Part shown: in pieces, positions 1 to 17,526 of the stretch
Layout: every line of letters starts with the position of its first letter
Position numbering within the stretch: position 1 is the stretch's first letter
NCBI RefSeq assembly: GCF_009914755.1
Contig: NC_060942.1
Length of the DNA stretch: 64,000 nt
Strand: one strand, 5' to 3'
From: the human T2T-CHM13v2.0 reference genome, Homo sapiens
Notes under the pieces: model-generated
Told to the model about the DNA's origin: nothing
The model's database searches: none
What the model saw: the letters and a program-made list of their open reading frames with translations, nothing else
Made by a program: the position numbers and the translations under genes

Positions 1-160
1 AAATACATATACAGTTACTAAACTTCTGAGATTTATGTACATATGAGTAGCCTAACTTATTTAATATGAATACATATTTATAATCACTTGTTTGTATTTA
101 ATTATAGAGATGAAGAGAGTAATTTTTTTTGTAATTAATGTGTCACAATGTTTGGTTTAG

Positions 161-326
161 TTTCTGTAGAAAATGTTTCCTGACTGCAATGAGGGAAAGC
201 GGAGCACATTGTCCCCTATGTCGTGGAAATGTGACTAGAAGAGAGAGAGCATGTCCTGAACGGGCCTTAGACCTTGAAAATATAATGAGGAAGTTTTCTG
301 GTAGCTGCAGATGCTGTGCAAAACAG
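161..326 (+). CDS. RNF138: RNF138 internal coding exon (exon 3): C-terminal half of the RING finger and start of the C2HC zinc finger
   Basis: tttag| acceptor at 159-160, CAG|gtagag donor at 327; translates (V)FCRKCFLTAMRESGAHCPLCRGNVTRRERACPERALDLENIMRKFSGSCRCCAKQ, recognised as RNF138; 166 nt, phase 2 to 0. Confidence 0.96.
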
Positions 327-808
327 GTAGAGTAAATGTGACATCTCTCTTCTTTGGAAGCCAAGTTTCTACTCTGAAATTCTTATTTGAATTTTCTTGG
401 TTGGTGTTTTTTTTTTTTTTGAAAAGATGAAAGGTATTTAGACTGGGAATTGGATAGAAAAGGCCAAAAAAAGCTGTGGTCATAGATCTTACTAGATTAT
501 AAACTTACTGAGAAATGAGACTGAAAAAAAAATCACTGAATTTCATAATACTTAGCGTGGCATTTTTCTAAAAGTAATTTCTCATTGATTACTTGCTAAA
601 GTAACTAAATTAGCAAGCTGGCATTTAGCTCATTTAAACCCCATTCTGGTACAAATTCACCCCTTAAGTTTTTCTCATGGTAGCATCATTATTGCAGCTT
701 TACACATAGAAATGTTACTAGTTTGGGCACATGGATTTATGTAGTTTAAGGAACTCTCTAGCTCCTCACTTTACTTATGTATTTATGTATGTATTTAAGA
801 AATCACAA

Positions 809-1111
<303 letters not shown>

Positions 1112-1488
1112 TCACAAAATATTTGGTTAATTTTAAGGAACATGTAGGAAAATCAGGTGTTAACAAATAACCAGCATTAATTCTCTAATCTGGATTTTAT
1201 TCTATCATTTGGAGAAGGAATAAAATAGAGAGGGGTGGTTAGGCTTTGAGTATATCCATGTGTCTATAGATTTATCACCGACATTTTTTCTAATAGCTAA
1301 TGAATTCAGTGAGCAAAGCTGGTTGCTATTTCATGCATTCACACAAGTCAGATCTGCTTTTACATCTTTTTGAAGGAAGTGTTTAACTGACAGGGCAATG
1401 ACGTGAAGCTGGAAAACACACTCGAGAGATTCTGGCTATTCCTCTCAGTGAGAAACTGAAAAATGTTCCAAGTATTCCTGGCAACTTA

Positions 1489-1764
1489 ATTTTTTTTGAG
1501 ACAGGGTCTCACTTTGTCACCCAGGCTGGAGTACAGTGGCACAATCTCGGCTCACTGCAGCTTTGACTTCCCAGGCTCTAAGCAATCCTCCTGCCTCAGC
1601 CCCACAGGTAGCTGAGATTACACCTGGCTAATTTTTGTATTTTTTGTATAAACAGGATTTTGCCATATTGCTCAGGCTGGTCTTGAACCCCTGAACTCAA
1701 GCAGTCCACCCATCCCAGCCTCCCAAAAGGCTGGGATTACAAGCGCGAGCCACTGCACCCAGCC
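1489..1764 (-). mobile_element. AluJ
   Basis: Antisense Alu, TSD AACTTAATTTTTTT. Confidence 0.88.
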
Positions 1765-2150
1765 AGGAACTTAATTTTTTTTAAGTGCTTTCTAACTCTG
1801 CCAGGCTGCAGAAGTTAAATAATAAGACATGCCCAATAGCATCTGGCATCCTCTTAGTGCTTTTAATTTTTTTGTCTACTGCTGGTAGTGTCTTTTCAAG
1901 TGTGAAGTTATTTGCTGTTTTTTGCAGTGAATTTATAGACAGATGGACTCTTCTCCATCTCTACCTTTAATGAACAGAAATGTATTATCTATTCTTAACT
2001 CCTACTTAAGGATGAAATCATTTACTTTAAAAAAATACAACTCCTGTTTAAATGGAGTATTTAGTTACTTTTATTTTTTCCTCTCTTTACACTATTTCAA
2101 ATCTTACGAGTTCTATTTTAAATTAAAAGTCACATTTTAATAATTTACAG

Positions 2151-2266
2151 ATTAAATTCTATCGCATGAGACATCATTACAAATCTTGTAAGAAGTATCA
2201 GGATGAATATGGTGTTTCTTCTATCATTCCAAACTTTCAGATCTCTCAAGATTCAGTAGGGAACAG
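2151..2266 (+). CDS. RNF138: RNF138 coding exon 4 (IKFYRMRHHYKSCKKYQDEYGVSSIIPNFQISQDSVGN(S))
   Basis: ttacag| acceptor, AG|gtaagc donor; 116 nt, phase 0 to 2; continues the frame of the previous exon. Confidence 0.96.
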
Positions 2267-3868
2267 GTAAGCAATACTTATTCCTAAATACAGAATTTTC
2301 ATAATTGAAATGGAAATTGTTTTGGGAACTATATGATAAGGTATTTGGGGGGATGTGTGTGTGTGTATGTGCACATGTGTTTTTAAAGTGAATTGCCAAG
2401 TATCAGAACTACAGCATTTGCCTTAAAATCTGTTTGGCACACGTAAGCTCTCATCTGGGAGATGACTTCATGAACTTCAGCTTATGTTATTTAAAATCAT
2501 TCTAAGAATTTTCATTTTTTTGAGTAAAAAATAAGTTGGAGATTTTTCTCTTACTGATTTTGCAACTGAAATGATTTGAAAAACTATAGAAAATCCTTTT
2601 CAGTAATGTATTTGCAAACTACAACCTGTTTTTTCTTTGCTATCTAAGGGATAGACTTAGAGTTTGAAATTTTTATTCTAAAATGTCATGTAAAAATGAA
2701 ACCAGGTGCAGTGCAGTTCTGTTTGAGTCTCATTTCTTTTAAACAACTAGATTTGGATTGATTTGTATCTTATCTCAGATTCATGTACATTAAACATTTT
2801 TATGAAATGTATTTTACACAGAAAAATGGCCAAAATGCACTTGTGGTTTAAAAAAATAATGATTAACATCCAGTTACCTATTAACCCAGGTCAAGAAAGA
2901 ACATTTTTCAAAACTTCAGGATCTCTATGTGAGCTCCTGCCCATTTGAACCGTACACTCCTAGATGCAACCACTATTCTCTTATTTGGATTATTCATTCC
3001 TTTGATTTTCTTTATGTATCATCACCCATGCATGTATCCCTAAACAATGCATTGTTAATTTTGAAAACTTCAGTAGTAAGCACATACGTAACTGTAAGGA
3101 AAGACAATATTGCCACTATTATAGAAAGGTTCCCAGGAGACAGTATGTTAAGCAGTCTCTAATATTTTATTTTAGTAGCCTTTCATTTTACATATTGCTA
3201 ATTTTTAGTAACTTAACCGCCCTTAAGCACTTCATGTTGATCATACTACATTAGGCGTCTTCCCTACTCAGTTGAAATTTCTGGTAAAAACCTTTAGTGA
3301 TTGTCTGGTAAAGATCTGCAGTAATTTTCTGATTGCCTAGTCTGAAAAAACTTCAGGTTCTCATTTTACTTGACTTGTTAGTGTCAAGGAAATTTGTTTG
3401 AAAGTTGTTGCTCTTATAGTTTTTTTTTTAGTCCTTCTGGGTTTCTTCATTTCTATGTTTTTCTTATTGTTGTACTTCTACTTTATTGTAATTTCCTATC
3501 TGCTTTTTTACCCAATAGATTGTTCTTAAGTGAGGGGATGGTGTTTGTCTTGTTCAGCATATCTCCAGCTTTTAGTAAAGTTCTTAGTATACATGATTGT
3601 AATCACGCTTTTAATGACCAAATTTTCTTATCAGGAGACAGGCCTTCCTCCCCCTTATTTCTTAGATCCACTTGGTCATAGACACTTGATTCCTAATAGC
3701 AATATTCCTCATCTGTACTTTTATTTTATCTTGTCACTTCCCTAGCTCAGGCCCTCATCATCTCTCACTCGAACTATGATAATAGCCTTTTTAGCTGGTA
3801 GTTATCCTCTAATCTGTTTTACATTCTATCGCCAAAGTAATATTAATGAAGTATAAAAGACAAAATTC

Positions 3869-4195
3869 TGGCTGGGCGCGGTGGCTCACACCTGTAATCC
3901 CAGCATTTTGGGAGGCCAAGGTGGGCAGATCACTTGAGGTCAGGAGTTCAAGACCAGCCTGGCCATCATGGTGAAACCTTGTCTCTACTAAAAATACAAA
4001 AATTAGCTGGACGTGGTGGCGCGTGCCTATAGTCCCAGCTACTTGGGAGGCTTAGGCAGGAGAATCACTTGACCCTAGGAAACGGAGGTTGCAGTGAGCC
4101 GAGAGCACATCACTGCACTCTAGCCTGGGCGACAGAGTCAGACTCCGTCTAAAACACACACACACGCACACACACGCACGCACGCACACACACAC
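3869..4195 (+). mobile_element. AluS with a (CA)/(CACG) microsatellite tail, inside an L2 fossil
   Basis: Full dimer; tail 4153-4195 is a CA repeat. Confidence 0.9.
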
Positions 4196-4324
4196 TTCCT
4201 TATTCCAAAGCCCTTTCTGATCTGGCCCTTTCCTCTCTTTTTATAGCCTCTTTCTTGGTTATCCATCGTTGCATCACATGCCTTAGCCATGTTGATTTAT
4301 TTGTTCCCTCTCTTTGCCATTCTT

Positions 4325-4560
4325 GAAAAACAGTATGACTGTGGTTAAAAATGTGGGCTTGGAGCCGGAATGCTGGGTTCAAATTTCAGATGTCACTTAC
4401 TAATTGTATTACATTGTCAAGAAACTGCCTCAGTTGTCTCATGTGTTTAAGGAAAGGTATGAGAGGCGATGATGATGATAGGTCCTCATTGAGTTGAAGT
4501 TAATAAATAAGTTAATACAGGTAAAGAAACTTGACTAGTACTTTGCTTGGAAAATGTTAG
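4325..4560 (+). mobile_element. MIR fragment
   Basis: gtggttaaaaatgtgggcttggagcc...gggttcaaat...gcctcagtt core. Confidence 0.65.
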
Positions 4561-4919
4561 TTCTTCCTCATCATCCTCATTATCACTCCCTCACCTCCAC
4601 ACTTTTACCAGTAATATCCCAACCTGCATTTTGCCAGCTGATTGACTTTTTTCTTCTCCTTGAAGACTTAGACCAAGTGTTAGCTACTCAGTAAAATCCT
4701 TCCTGAGCTCTAGAATTTCTTCTTCTTGGTAGAACTGTTCTTTATGCTATTAGATCTCTAAACTTTATTGTATTTATTTATTTCAGCCTGTCTCTTCACC
4801 TAGAATGAGCTTTTTAGTCTTATTTATTTCTATATCCTTTGCGGAGTTCTGATTGCAATGGAAGAATTGAGTTTGTATGTGGATTTTTAGTCAGTAAGAA
4901 AATTGGCAAAGGAAGGAAA

Positions 4920-5609
<690 letters not shown>

Positions 5610-6660
5610 AGAAATTTTTTTTTTTTAATGGTAGGAAAAATATGATCTGTGTTATATTCACGGTCTGAGCAGGAAACAGTGGGCTCTAATTATGCGATTT
5701 GAGGAGAATTTAGTAAAGAGACTATTTTCAAAGAGTAGTATGTTAGGTACACTATATAAGTAGGGTATAGGAAGCCACAAGGAATAATGGTGTGCTCTGG
5801 GTCTACTGAAAGCAGGAGAGAGGAGGAAATAGATAACAGAACCTGAAGAAGAGAGCTGAATAGAGCATGGCTATGGAAATTCTTAAAGTGGCATTTGCAT
5901 GCAACTGAGTAGAAAAAAAAATTGCAAAATAAATCCATAGATCATTTCACTAATTCATACTGTTTATTATACGTTCTGAAGTGCTGGACACACTCCACGT
6001 TATGAATATACGGGAATTGGTAAAACAGACATTATTTTTTCCATGTATCTAACTGTAAGCTATAACTTCCAGTTGAGCCATCTAAAATAATCTGTGTCAC
6101 TTTCATTCATATCATTCAGAGTAGTACTGTTTACTGTAAATTAGTAAATATTGGAGGATGTTTTAGCAAAATTATTGCATTGGTGTGGGGTAGTTTCTCA
6201 TAATAATTAGATAGCAGTGCTAATTTTACTAAGGCCATTCCTATTTTATAACAACATTCTGCTGCTAACATAAGATTATATATTTTTGTTTTCTTTAGCC
6301 ACAGGAAGTGGGGAGGAGGAGGGAAGATGAATGTAATCATTAAGATACAGAAGACATTTCAATTTTATCCTCCTTGGAAATCATTTGGTCTGTTTTCAGG
6401 CTGTTCTTACTAATCTTGACTCTGTAAACGTTAGTAACTGGATGTCAGTAGGCTCATACAGTTTATTTCAAATACAGCTCTTCACAAAAACTAAAAAAAA
6501 ATTACCAGCAGTCTTTTATTTTTCCTAATAAATTTCTCTCCAGATTGTTCAATATTTTAAGTGGCTAAATAGCTATGAAGAAATCTGGCATAGTATTAAA
6601 ATGTTCTTTTTCTTGTTTATAGGCATTCTTCATATACTCTGGATAGTAATCCTTTGTTAT

Positions 6661-7269
<609 letters not shown>

Positions 7270-7270
<1 letters not shown>

Positions 7271-9010
7271 CTTCATTACATGCATTGCAGATATTTTTGT
7301 TTAGTCTTTGGCTGGTTTTGTATGGTGTCTTTTGACATAGAAAAGTATTTACATGTATATGCATATTCTTTAATTTTCTTTTTATATCATGCCTGAGAAA
7401 TTTTTTTCTACATGAAGGTTATAAAAGATATTTTCTTCTTAAACTTTAAAAGCTGAGCTTTTCACATTTATTTGGGATGTATAATGTGAGGTAGGAAAAA
7501 TTTTCCCCATGTGATAAACCATTTGGTAACATTCATTGAGGAGTCAGTTCTTTGTCTACTGATTTATAATGCCACTTCTGTTCTACACATCTCTGCATCC
7601 TGATTTTTTCTGGGGGAGGGGCAGTAGGAGGTGATCCATTGTTCATTCCTCTAGAAATATGACCTCTCTCATTTTACTATTTATTTTATTGAGGCAGGGT
7701 CTCGCTATGTTTCCCAGGCCCGTCTCAAACTCTGGGGATCAAACAGTCCTCCCGCCTTGGCCTCCTAAAGTGTTGGGATCACAGGCATGAGCCTCTGTGG
7801 TGCCTGGCCTCTTTCTCATTTTATTTTATTTTATTTATTTTATTTTTTTGAGACAGAGTCTAACTCTGTCTCTCAGGCTGGAGTGCAATGGCGTGATCTC
7901 AGCTCACTACAACCTCTGCCTCTGGGTTCAAGTGATTCTTCTGCCTCAGACTCCCGAGTAGCTGGGACTACAGGCATGTGCCACCACGCCTGGCTAATTT
8001 TTGTATTTTTGGTAGAGACAGAGTTTTGCCATGTTGGCCAAGCTGGTCTCGGCCTCCTGGCCTCAGGTGATCCGCCTGCCTTGGCCTCCCAAAGTGCTGG
8101 GATTACAGGAGTGAGCCACTGCCCCCAGCCTCTTTCTCATTTAAAAAGAAATGGATTAAAAGTTCATTTAGAACATGAGTAAATGTTTTATATCTTTTTC
8201 TAGTAAAACCTTATAGTTTTTGTTGCTATAAAAATGAGCCCCCTTTTTTTCCTGTTTGATAATCTAATTAGTTATTACTAGAGAGTAAGTTGATTTTTAT
8301 GTTAATCTTGTTTTCAGCAGCTTTGATGATTTGTTAGTTGTAATAGTTCTAATCTGGCAGTTCTTATAATCTACCTGTTGATTCTTTTAGATTTATTATA
8401 TAGAAAATCATTATGTTCTCCCATAGTTTTGTCTGCTTCTTTTAAACCTAATGTTCTATATAATACTTGATTTATTGCATTGAATAGGTTTTCTATTCAG
8501 TGTTAAATAGCAGGCACCTTTTCTTGTTCCTGATTTTAGTGGGAATACACCTATAATATTACAAATAAGTATAATATTTACTATAGTTTTTTAGCGTAGA
8601 TCTTTTAGTTTTACAGTTTATCTGCCCCATGTCAGTATTACCCTGAATTTAAGGTTTCCCCATTAATAGTTTTACTCAAATCAGAATCATGTATGAAATT
8701 AAAAACATATATACATCTGGCTAGAGTTCCAGATATTCTGATATCTGGAGTCTAGGCATTTGTATTTTTAAAAAGCATTGTGCTTACTATTTAACATTGG
8801 ATAGAGATCCTATTGAATGCAGTAAACCAAGTGTGATATAGAACATTAAATTAAAAAGCAAGACATAACTATGGGAAAATAATTTTTTGTTTTTGTTTTA
8901 TTATGGAGATTGAATTTTATTGGTGTTTCTGTATCTGATAAAATCATAAGTTTTTAAAAAAATAATAATTTGCTGTCAGTAATTGATTTTCTATTGTTGA
9001 ACCTATTCTG
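7270..9010 (-). mobile_element. Old L1M (L1ME-like) fragments interrupted by antisense FLAM/Alu (7680-8130)
   Basis: T-rich degenerate antisense ORF2-like motifs (cttgttcctgattttagtgggaa; ctattgttgaacc). Confidence 0.55.
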
Positions 9011-9267
9011 GGCTAAATGAGCAGGCATGATACAACAGCCTAGGCATGATACAAGGATGACTAGGAAGAACTAGAATGATGATGATGACAGTAATAGTGG
9101 AAAATTGAGAGTTATAATGGTAGATAGAAGGGAGAACGTGTTTAAAAAGGGCATTAACTTTGATATTAAATGCTTTAAATCAGAAGTTTTGTGATTGCAT
9201 TACCCTATCAGTGAAAGAATTGAGTATGTACCCCCAGTGTTTGTGTTTATTTAAAACTGCATAGTAC

Positions 9268-9916
<649 letters not shown>

Positions 9917-10274
9917 TTTTAATCCTATTTTCTAAATATAAAAAGGACTGTTGCTGAAATTTTCATCCTCCCCAATGATATTATAGTTCTATAAACCTAT
10001 TAGAAGTTGTTAACAGTATTTTTAAAGGGCACATTCAAAACCCAGTGATTATATTAATTTGGAAGATTTTTTAAGCTGGTTAGAAACATCTACCAATTTT
10101 AAATGTATAGATATGAGTTGTTTTTCTTTAATTGGTGACACATGCTGTTTTTGGTAACAAAATCATGTAACCACTCCCTTAATAAGTGCACTCTCCATAA
10201 TTTGACTTTATTTTAAAGAGCAGGTTTTTAGTTCCAGAAAGGTACAAATAGTAGTTTAATAGTCTTCTATTTAG

Positions 10275-10572
<298 letters not shown>

Positions 10573-10883
10573 TGGGTTATGTATTTTAACAGTGAAGTCT
10601 GCTTGCTCGCTTGGGCTATGTGTGGAGAGATAACATTGTTATCTTCACAGAAGTGAACTGAGTGTCATTGGAATGGTGCCTTTTCACTGTGTACACATTG
10701 TTGTATACACATTTATTATGAAAGTAAACAGAAAAGAAAGATCAGCTGCTAAGTAGATGATATAGTACTCCTTGTCTTTTTATAAAGGAAAATTGAATAA
10801 CCAGTTTAAGTTCAACTTTTTAAACTCTGGCATTGAGATATAGAACCAACCTGTATTGTACAATTTTTCTTAGCCACTACTTA

Positions 10884-11260
<377 letters not shown>

Positions 11261-11923
11261 TTGACCACATTGATCAAATTCTGTAGCACACAGGTGACGG
11301 TCCCTGTATGGAATACTTACTCTTCCCTCAGGATTCCTCTGATATTCCATGTGACACATGACTCTCTGGCATATGGTAAAAGTGGAGATGTTAAGTTGTT
11401 CTGTATATTAAATGTTAGTGAAGCCTGGTTTCTTTCCTTTCTGGAAATAAAATACAAACATAATGAACATTTACATATTTTCTTAAATTACTGCACTTTG
11501 GAGGGCATAACCTTATACCATGTCCTAGTTTGAAGTAAAAAAGTTCACAAATTCTTGAGTCTACCGTAGCATTTAAAACCTTACTAGTCTAGGTAAAGGT
11601 AGAGGAATGGGATTTAAGGTAATTCTGCAAAATTCTCTATACTTCTGTAACTGTGCATAAGTTAATTTTAAAGAACATAAATAAGAATCTAGTAAGCAGT
11701 CAATTTATTTAAAAGTAATTAATATTGTAATTATTTCATAGTTCAGAACCATTTGAAGTTCAAATTTTGTTTTTTCAAGGACCCAATAGGAAAAATGTGT
11801 ATTGAAGTTCAGACTTTTAAAACAAATTCAGACTAGTCTTCTTCATTAATGGTTCAAGATAATGAACCTTTAGTGTGTTTTCATTACTTTGAGGTATTAA
11901 CTTTTTCCCCTGTGCTTCTTAAG

Positions 11924-11980
11924 CAATAGGAGTGAAACATCCACATCTGATAACACAGAAACTTACCAAGAGAATACAAG
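11924..11980 (+). CDS. RNF138: RNF138 coding exon 5 (S/T-rich linker NRSETSTSDNTETYQENT)
   Basis: pyrimidine tract ctttttcccctgtgcttcttaag|, AAG|gtaagc donor; 57 nt, phase 2-2. Confidence 0.94.
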
Positions 11981-12058
11981 GTAAGCTTTTGAAAAATCCT
12001 GCCACTTTAGCAAGTAATATTATATTTATCACTTATCAAATAGCTTTTTAAATTAAAC

Positions 12059-12359
<301 letters not shown>

Positions 12360-13140
12360 TAAATTAAACTTAAAAAAAAAAAAAAAAATCAGTTACATCA
12401 TTAGGCATAGTGTTTGAAGTTAGCAGTTTAGAAATAGAAAATGCAGTTACTGCTTTTAAGAATCACATTAGGTTAGAAGAGTTTAGTTATTCTCTTTCAC
12501 TGTGGTCAGGTTTCTTCCACACACGATTCAGGTAAAGTTGTCTGTGTTGAACTGTCCCTTCCTGAAATTCAGAAGTATTAAAACTCAGTGATGCTTGATC
12601 CTCAGAATGTTTTCGAGTATTTCATTCTCATGATCAGTGCTTTTGTTTTTTCTTTTCCTTTGAATTTTGGATGTTGGATTCCTAGGGCCTGGTATTTATT
12701 AGAGATACGATATTGATGGAAGTCTTTTAGAAGTTTTAAGTTCCTAGATAAAAGGTTTGCAAAATGTGGAATACTACAGAATATTAAAAATTTTCAAGGG
12801 ACATACAGTGACAGCTATTGGCATCAGAAAACAACTACAATTAAGTTTGGACCTAACTACATAATATATGGAGTCAGCTAGGTTTTTGTTTTTGTTTTTG
12901 TTTTGGCCTAGAGGTGCCATGAAAAAATTTATTGAGGACACTAAGAGTACTGTAAACTGAGATTGGGAACCTCTGTAATGCATCATTTCCTGAATACATA
13001 TGTTCAAAATGAGAGAATCTTTGAATAGTCTAATAATTATAACTTTTTTAAAAAATGTATAGTGATTCCTCAAAAAATAGGAGAGCGTTATTTTTGTGTT
13101 ATTCTGAATTAAGTATGTTTCACTTAAAATTGTTTTATAG

Positions 13141-13252
13141 TTCTTCTGGTCATCCTACTTTTAAGTGTCCCCTGTGTCAAGAATCAAATTTTACCAGACA
13201 GCGTTTACTGGATCACTGTAACAGTAATCACCTATTTCAGATAGTTCCTGTG
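13141..13252 (+). CDS. RNF138: RNF138 coding exon 6 (C2H2 zinc finger SSGHPTFKCPLCQESNFTRQRLLDHCNSNHLFQIVPV)
   Basis: ttttatag| acceptor, GTG|gtaagt donor; 112 nt, phase 2 to 0; contained in ORF 13055..13270. Confidence 0.96.
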
Positions 13253-13284
13253 GTAAGTACATACGTTTGAGACAGTCTTCTGCT

Positions 13285-13631
13285 TAGAATAAAACATGCT
13301 GTTCTATTTATTTCACTTCATGTATGCAAGAGAAAGTAGTTGATTTATATTTGGTTGGGGCATTATCAGTAAGGTAGATTTTTGTCAACAAAGGATTGAT
13401 GACTGTGAAGCAAAATGAGATATTTAAAATTGCAGTAACTCTCATTATAAAAAGGGAGATGCATAGTGTGAGGTAATATAGCACAGTCTGGAGAAGAGTG
13501 AAGTAATGAAAGATGAACCGGGAACTCATTCCTGCGCAGTAGCACAACCTGTCTATTGAGGCCTCAGTTACTTGCTCTGTAGATGGCAGACAAGTAGATC
13601 TAGTCAGGTAGATTGCTGTAGGTGAAAATAC
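13285..13631 (-). ncRNA. Candidate antisense terminal exon inside RNF138 intron 6
   Basis: Minus strand reads TACTGAC-TTTATTCTTACTTA-CAG| (13655 to 13632), then AATAAA at 13312 to 13307. Confidence 0.45.
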
Positions 13632-14057
13632 CTGTAAGTAAGAATAAAGTCAGTAGGTATTTTTATTGTTTTCTTGCAGCATATAGTATGTGAATGCATA
13701 AAGCAAGGAAGGAAAAGACTTAGACTTTGTATTTGATGCCTACATATTTTTTGACATTTTGAGGGTATGTAAGAAAATGGTGAGAGCTTTTTGATAATGA
13801 GGGAGATAGAGCAGAATTCAGGATTCCAACATATAATGATCCTAGAAGTGTTTCATAGGTAAGTTATTTCAGCTGTGAATGGAACAGGAGAAACTGAGCT
13901 GGGAGAGAGATTTCCCTTTCAGCTGAACATTTTGATATATAAATAATTGTCTTCAGAAAGGAGAATAGGAAGGAAAATGTTATCAATAAGAACTGTAGAT
14001 ATTTCTAAGCTGTTTTAGTGAGTATGCTAGGAAAAGTTGTGAAAGAATGTGCTTCAG

Positions 14058-14660
14058 GACCGGGCACGGTGGCTCATGCCTGTAATTTAGCACTTTGGGA
14101 GGCCGAGAGGGGAGGATTGCTTGAGCCCAGGAGTTCGAGACTAGCCTGGGCAACATAGTGAGACCCTGTCTATTTAAAAATAAAGAAAATAAAAAGAATA
14201 TGCTTCAATAACCATTGAGGATGACCTTAAGCTCTCACATACCACCTAAGAAGGTGTACTACCTACTTTGCTTATTAGAATGGGTTCAGTTATGCTTAAA
14301 TAGACAAATACAGTGCCAAAGATGTTCCAGGAAATCTCGCTCATATTTAAGATTTTACTTAGTTTTATATTGGATTACCAAATTTTTATTCATTTCTGCA
14401 TAATATTCGATATATCATAAACTTTGGCTAGAGTTTAATTACTGAAGGTTTTTTGTGTGTTATTTCAGTTATTTATCCATTCAGTTTTTAAGATGTACTT
14501 CATTTAAACGTAAGGATATGGCTGGGTGTGGTGGCACATGCCTTTAATCCCAGCACTTTGGGAGGCCAAGGCGGGAGGATTGCTTGAGCTCAGGAATTTG
14601 AGACCCAGCCTGGACAACAGTGAGACTGTGTCTCTAGTTTTAAGAAAAGAAAAGAAAAAC
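14058..14660 (+). mobile_element. Two free left Alu monomers (FLAM), 14058-14195 and 14520-14660
   Basis: Monomeric Alu consensus with A tails. Confidence 0.8.
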
Positions 14661-15099
14661 TAAGGATACAATTTAAAGTAAATTTTCCAGTTTACTTCAT
14701 TTTTATTTTACTTACAAATGAAATAAAACTAATAATAATTATATGGTTATTGTATGGATCAAATGAGATAATATATTGGATATGTTGCAGGCAGCCAGTT
14801 AGTGATAACTGTCATTACAGTTGGTATTATTAAAAGCTAGATGTGGTTTTTCTGTTGAAACATTTGTGTAATAAGAGATTTAAGGAATAGAATGTCTAAG
14901 ATTTCTCACTGTGTTAGATTAATGTCATTTATCTAAGGTAATTGATTGGGAAATGATCTAGTCATGGAACTTGGCCTTTAAAAATGCTTCTCACGTAGAT
15001 ATTTTTGGTAACATATCCCTGTGTTATTTTAATACTGTCAATTGTATAATATTTCATTGTTTTTATTATTTTTTGTTTAAAACAATCTGTTTCTTATAG

Positions 15100-15207
15100 A
15101 CATGTCCTATTTGTGTGTCTCTTCCTTGGGGAGATCCTAGCCAGATTACCAGAAATTTCGTTAGTCATCTAAATCAGAGACATCAATTTGATTATGGAGA
15201 ATTTGTG
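15100..15207 (+). CDS. RNF138: RNF138 coding exon 7 (Di19-type zinc finger TCPICVSLPWGDPSQITRNFVSHLNQRHQFDYGEFV)
   Basis: ttcttatag| acceptor, GTG|gtaagt donor; 108 nt, phase 0-0; CPIC..WGDP motif of the RNF114/125/138/166 family. Confidence 0.96.
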
Positions 15208-16205
15208 GTAAGTGAATTCTTCAAGATTAAGAAAGTACTGTTTAAATATTAAAGTTAAAATAACTTTTTTGTAATCGACTTAAATTTTGTGGCAAGCTGT
15301 TGTATCTTACTGGATGGATTTAGAGCAAGTTCTTAGGTTTTTAATAATACTGGTGAACTTTAGCTTGTAGAAATGGTAAGGTAAAAATTGAGTTTACTCT
15401 CCACCTCCTGTACTAGAGAGAGAATTAATAAGAGTAACAGCAAGCACCCAGATTAACAAAATGATGATTTACATGAAAACTCTGTCAAGATTTAAGGGAA
15501 AATTGTACCTACAAGAGAAGTAAAATTGGTACAACATATGGAGGATGTATTTCTCATGTAGTATAAGTTGCTTGTATTATGCTAGAAATCTTAGATTTCT
15601 CAAATCTAGCATGTAAGACACAACGTTTTTAAAAATGAGGGAGCTTAGTTATCAGGCAAAGCCAGGTTACAAAGAGACTAAGAGTGTAAGAGAAGTTATA
15701 TAATGTAAAAATGAATTCATAAAGCAAAATGGATTAATTTGTACTTCTAAATGTGTGATATACTTTTTTAATTAGGTGAAAACCTGTTTTATTAATTATT
15801 AAATTGCATTTTATTCAACTTCAGTTTAATCAAAACTTTATTTAAGATTAGTCCTGACAAAGAATGGCTATTTGTTTTCCAGTTTAGGTAAGCAGAGTGA
15901 CATGAACAAAATATACATTTTTGTCTGCCTTCCAGTGTTGAAATTACATCATTCTTGTTAAATGGTTTTTAAATTTTGTAGAATTTGCATTATTTAGCCA
16001 ATTTCAAAATAAAAATTCAAATATATGTAAAATTTAGGTGCGCTTTATTGCTTTAGCAATTTTATAAAGTAATTCTAGATTATTATTAAATTCTCATTGT
16101 AAGAAAGATTGCTATGTAATGTATTTGGAAATACAAAAATTTGTGAACCACTTTTGATCTAATTGTCAAGTTGTTTTATCTTGCCATAGAAAAGTAGGTA
16201 ATCTA

Positions 16206-16994
<789 letters not shown>

Positions 16995-17413
16995 TTAAAA
17001 TCAGTTTACTGTCAGATATTTGGCATTATTTTCTAGAGATGACACATTTATGATTGTGTGTTATGATTAACTTCAGTTTTATTTTTCATTTTTTATTTTT
17101 ATTTTTTAAAGTGACAGTCTCCCTGTGTTGCCCAGGCTGACCTCAAACTCATAGGCTCAAACTGTCTTCTGCCTCAGCCTCCTGAATAGTTGCAACTACA
17201 GGCGCATGCTTACCCAGCTTTCCAGTTAACCATATTTTTTATGAATGACTTATAAAGGCATTATAACACTCAAATTTTGTTCTGTGATGATCCTCTCTGT
17301 TTGTTATTCTTGAACAGTTACAACTGAACTTAATGTCTTATTAAAGTTCAGGTATTCAAATCTTGTATCTTAAAAGATACTGTTATATATGTTTTACATA
17401 ACTGTCCTGAGTG

Positions 17414-17460
17414 TGTGTAATGTGTATCAAGATGTGTAATGTGTATCAAGATGTCTAATG
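17414..17460. repeat. 19-bp tandem repeat (2.5 copies) upstream of the last RNF138 acceptor
   Basis: TGTGTAATGTGTATCAAGA x2 plus TGTCTAATG. Confidence 0.9.
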
Positions 17461-17526
17461 TTTTGGGCAAAGTATTAGAGTAGTTGAATATGTTTTTCCT
17501 GTTGACATGAATGTTATTGTTTTTAG

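Noticed and set aside
9023-9054. 13-bp direct repeat AGGCATGATACAA
   Set aside because: Short local duplication at an L1 fragment edge with no functional context
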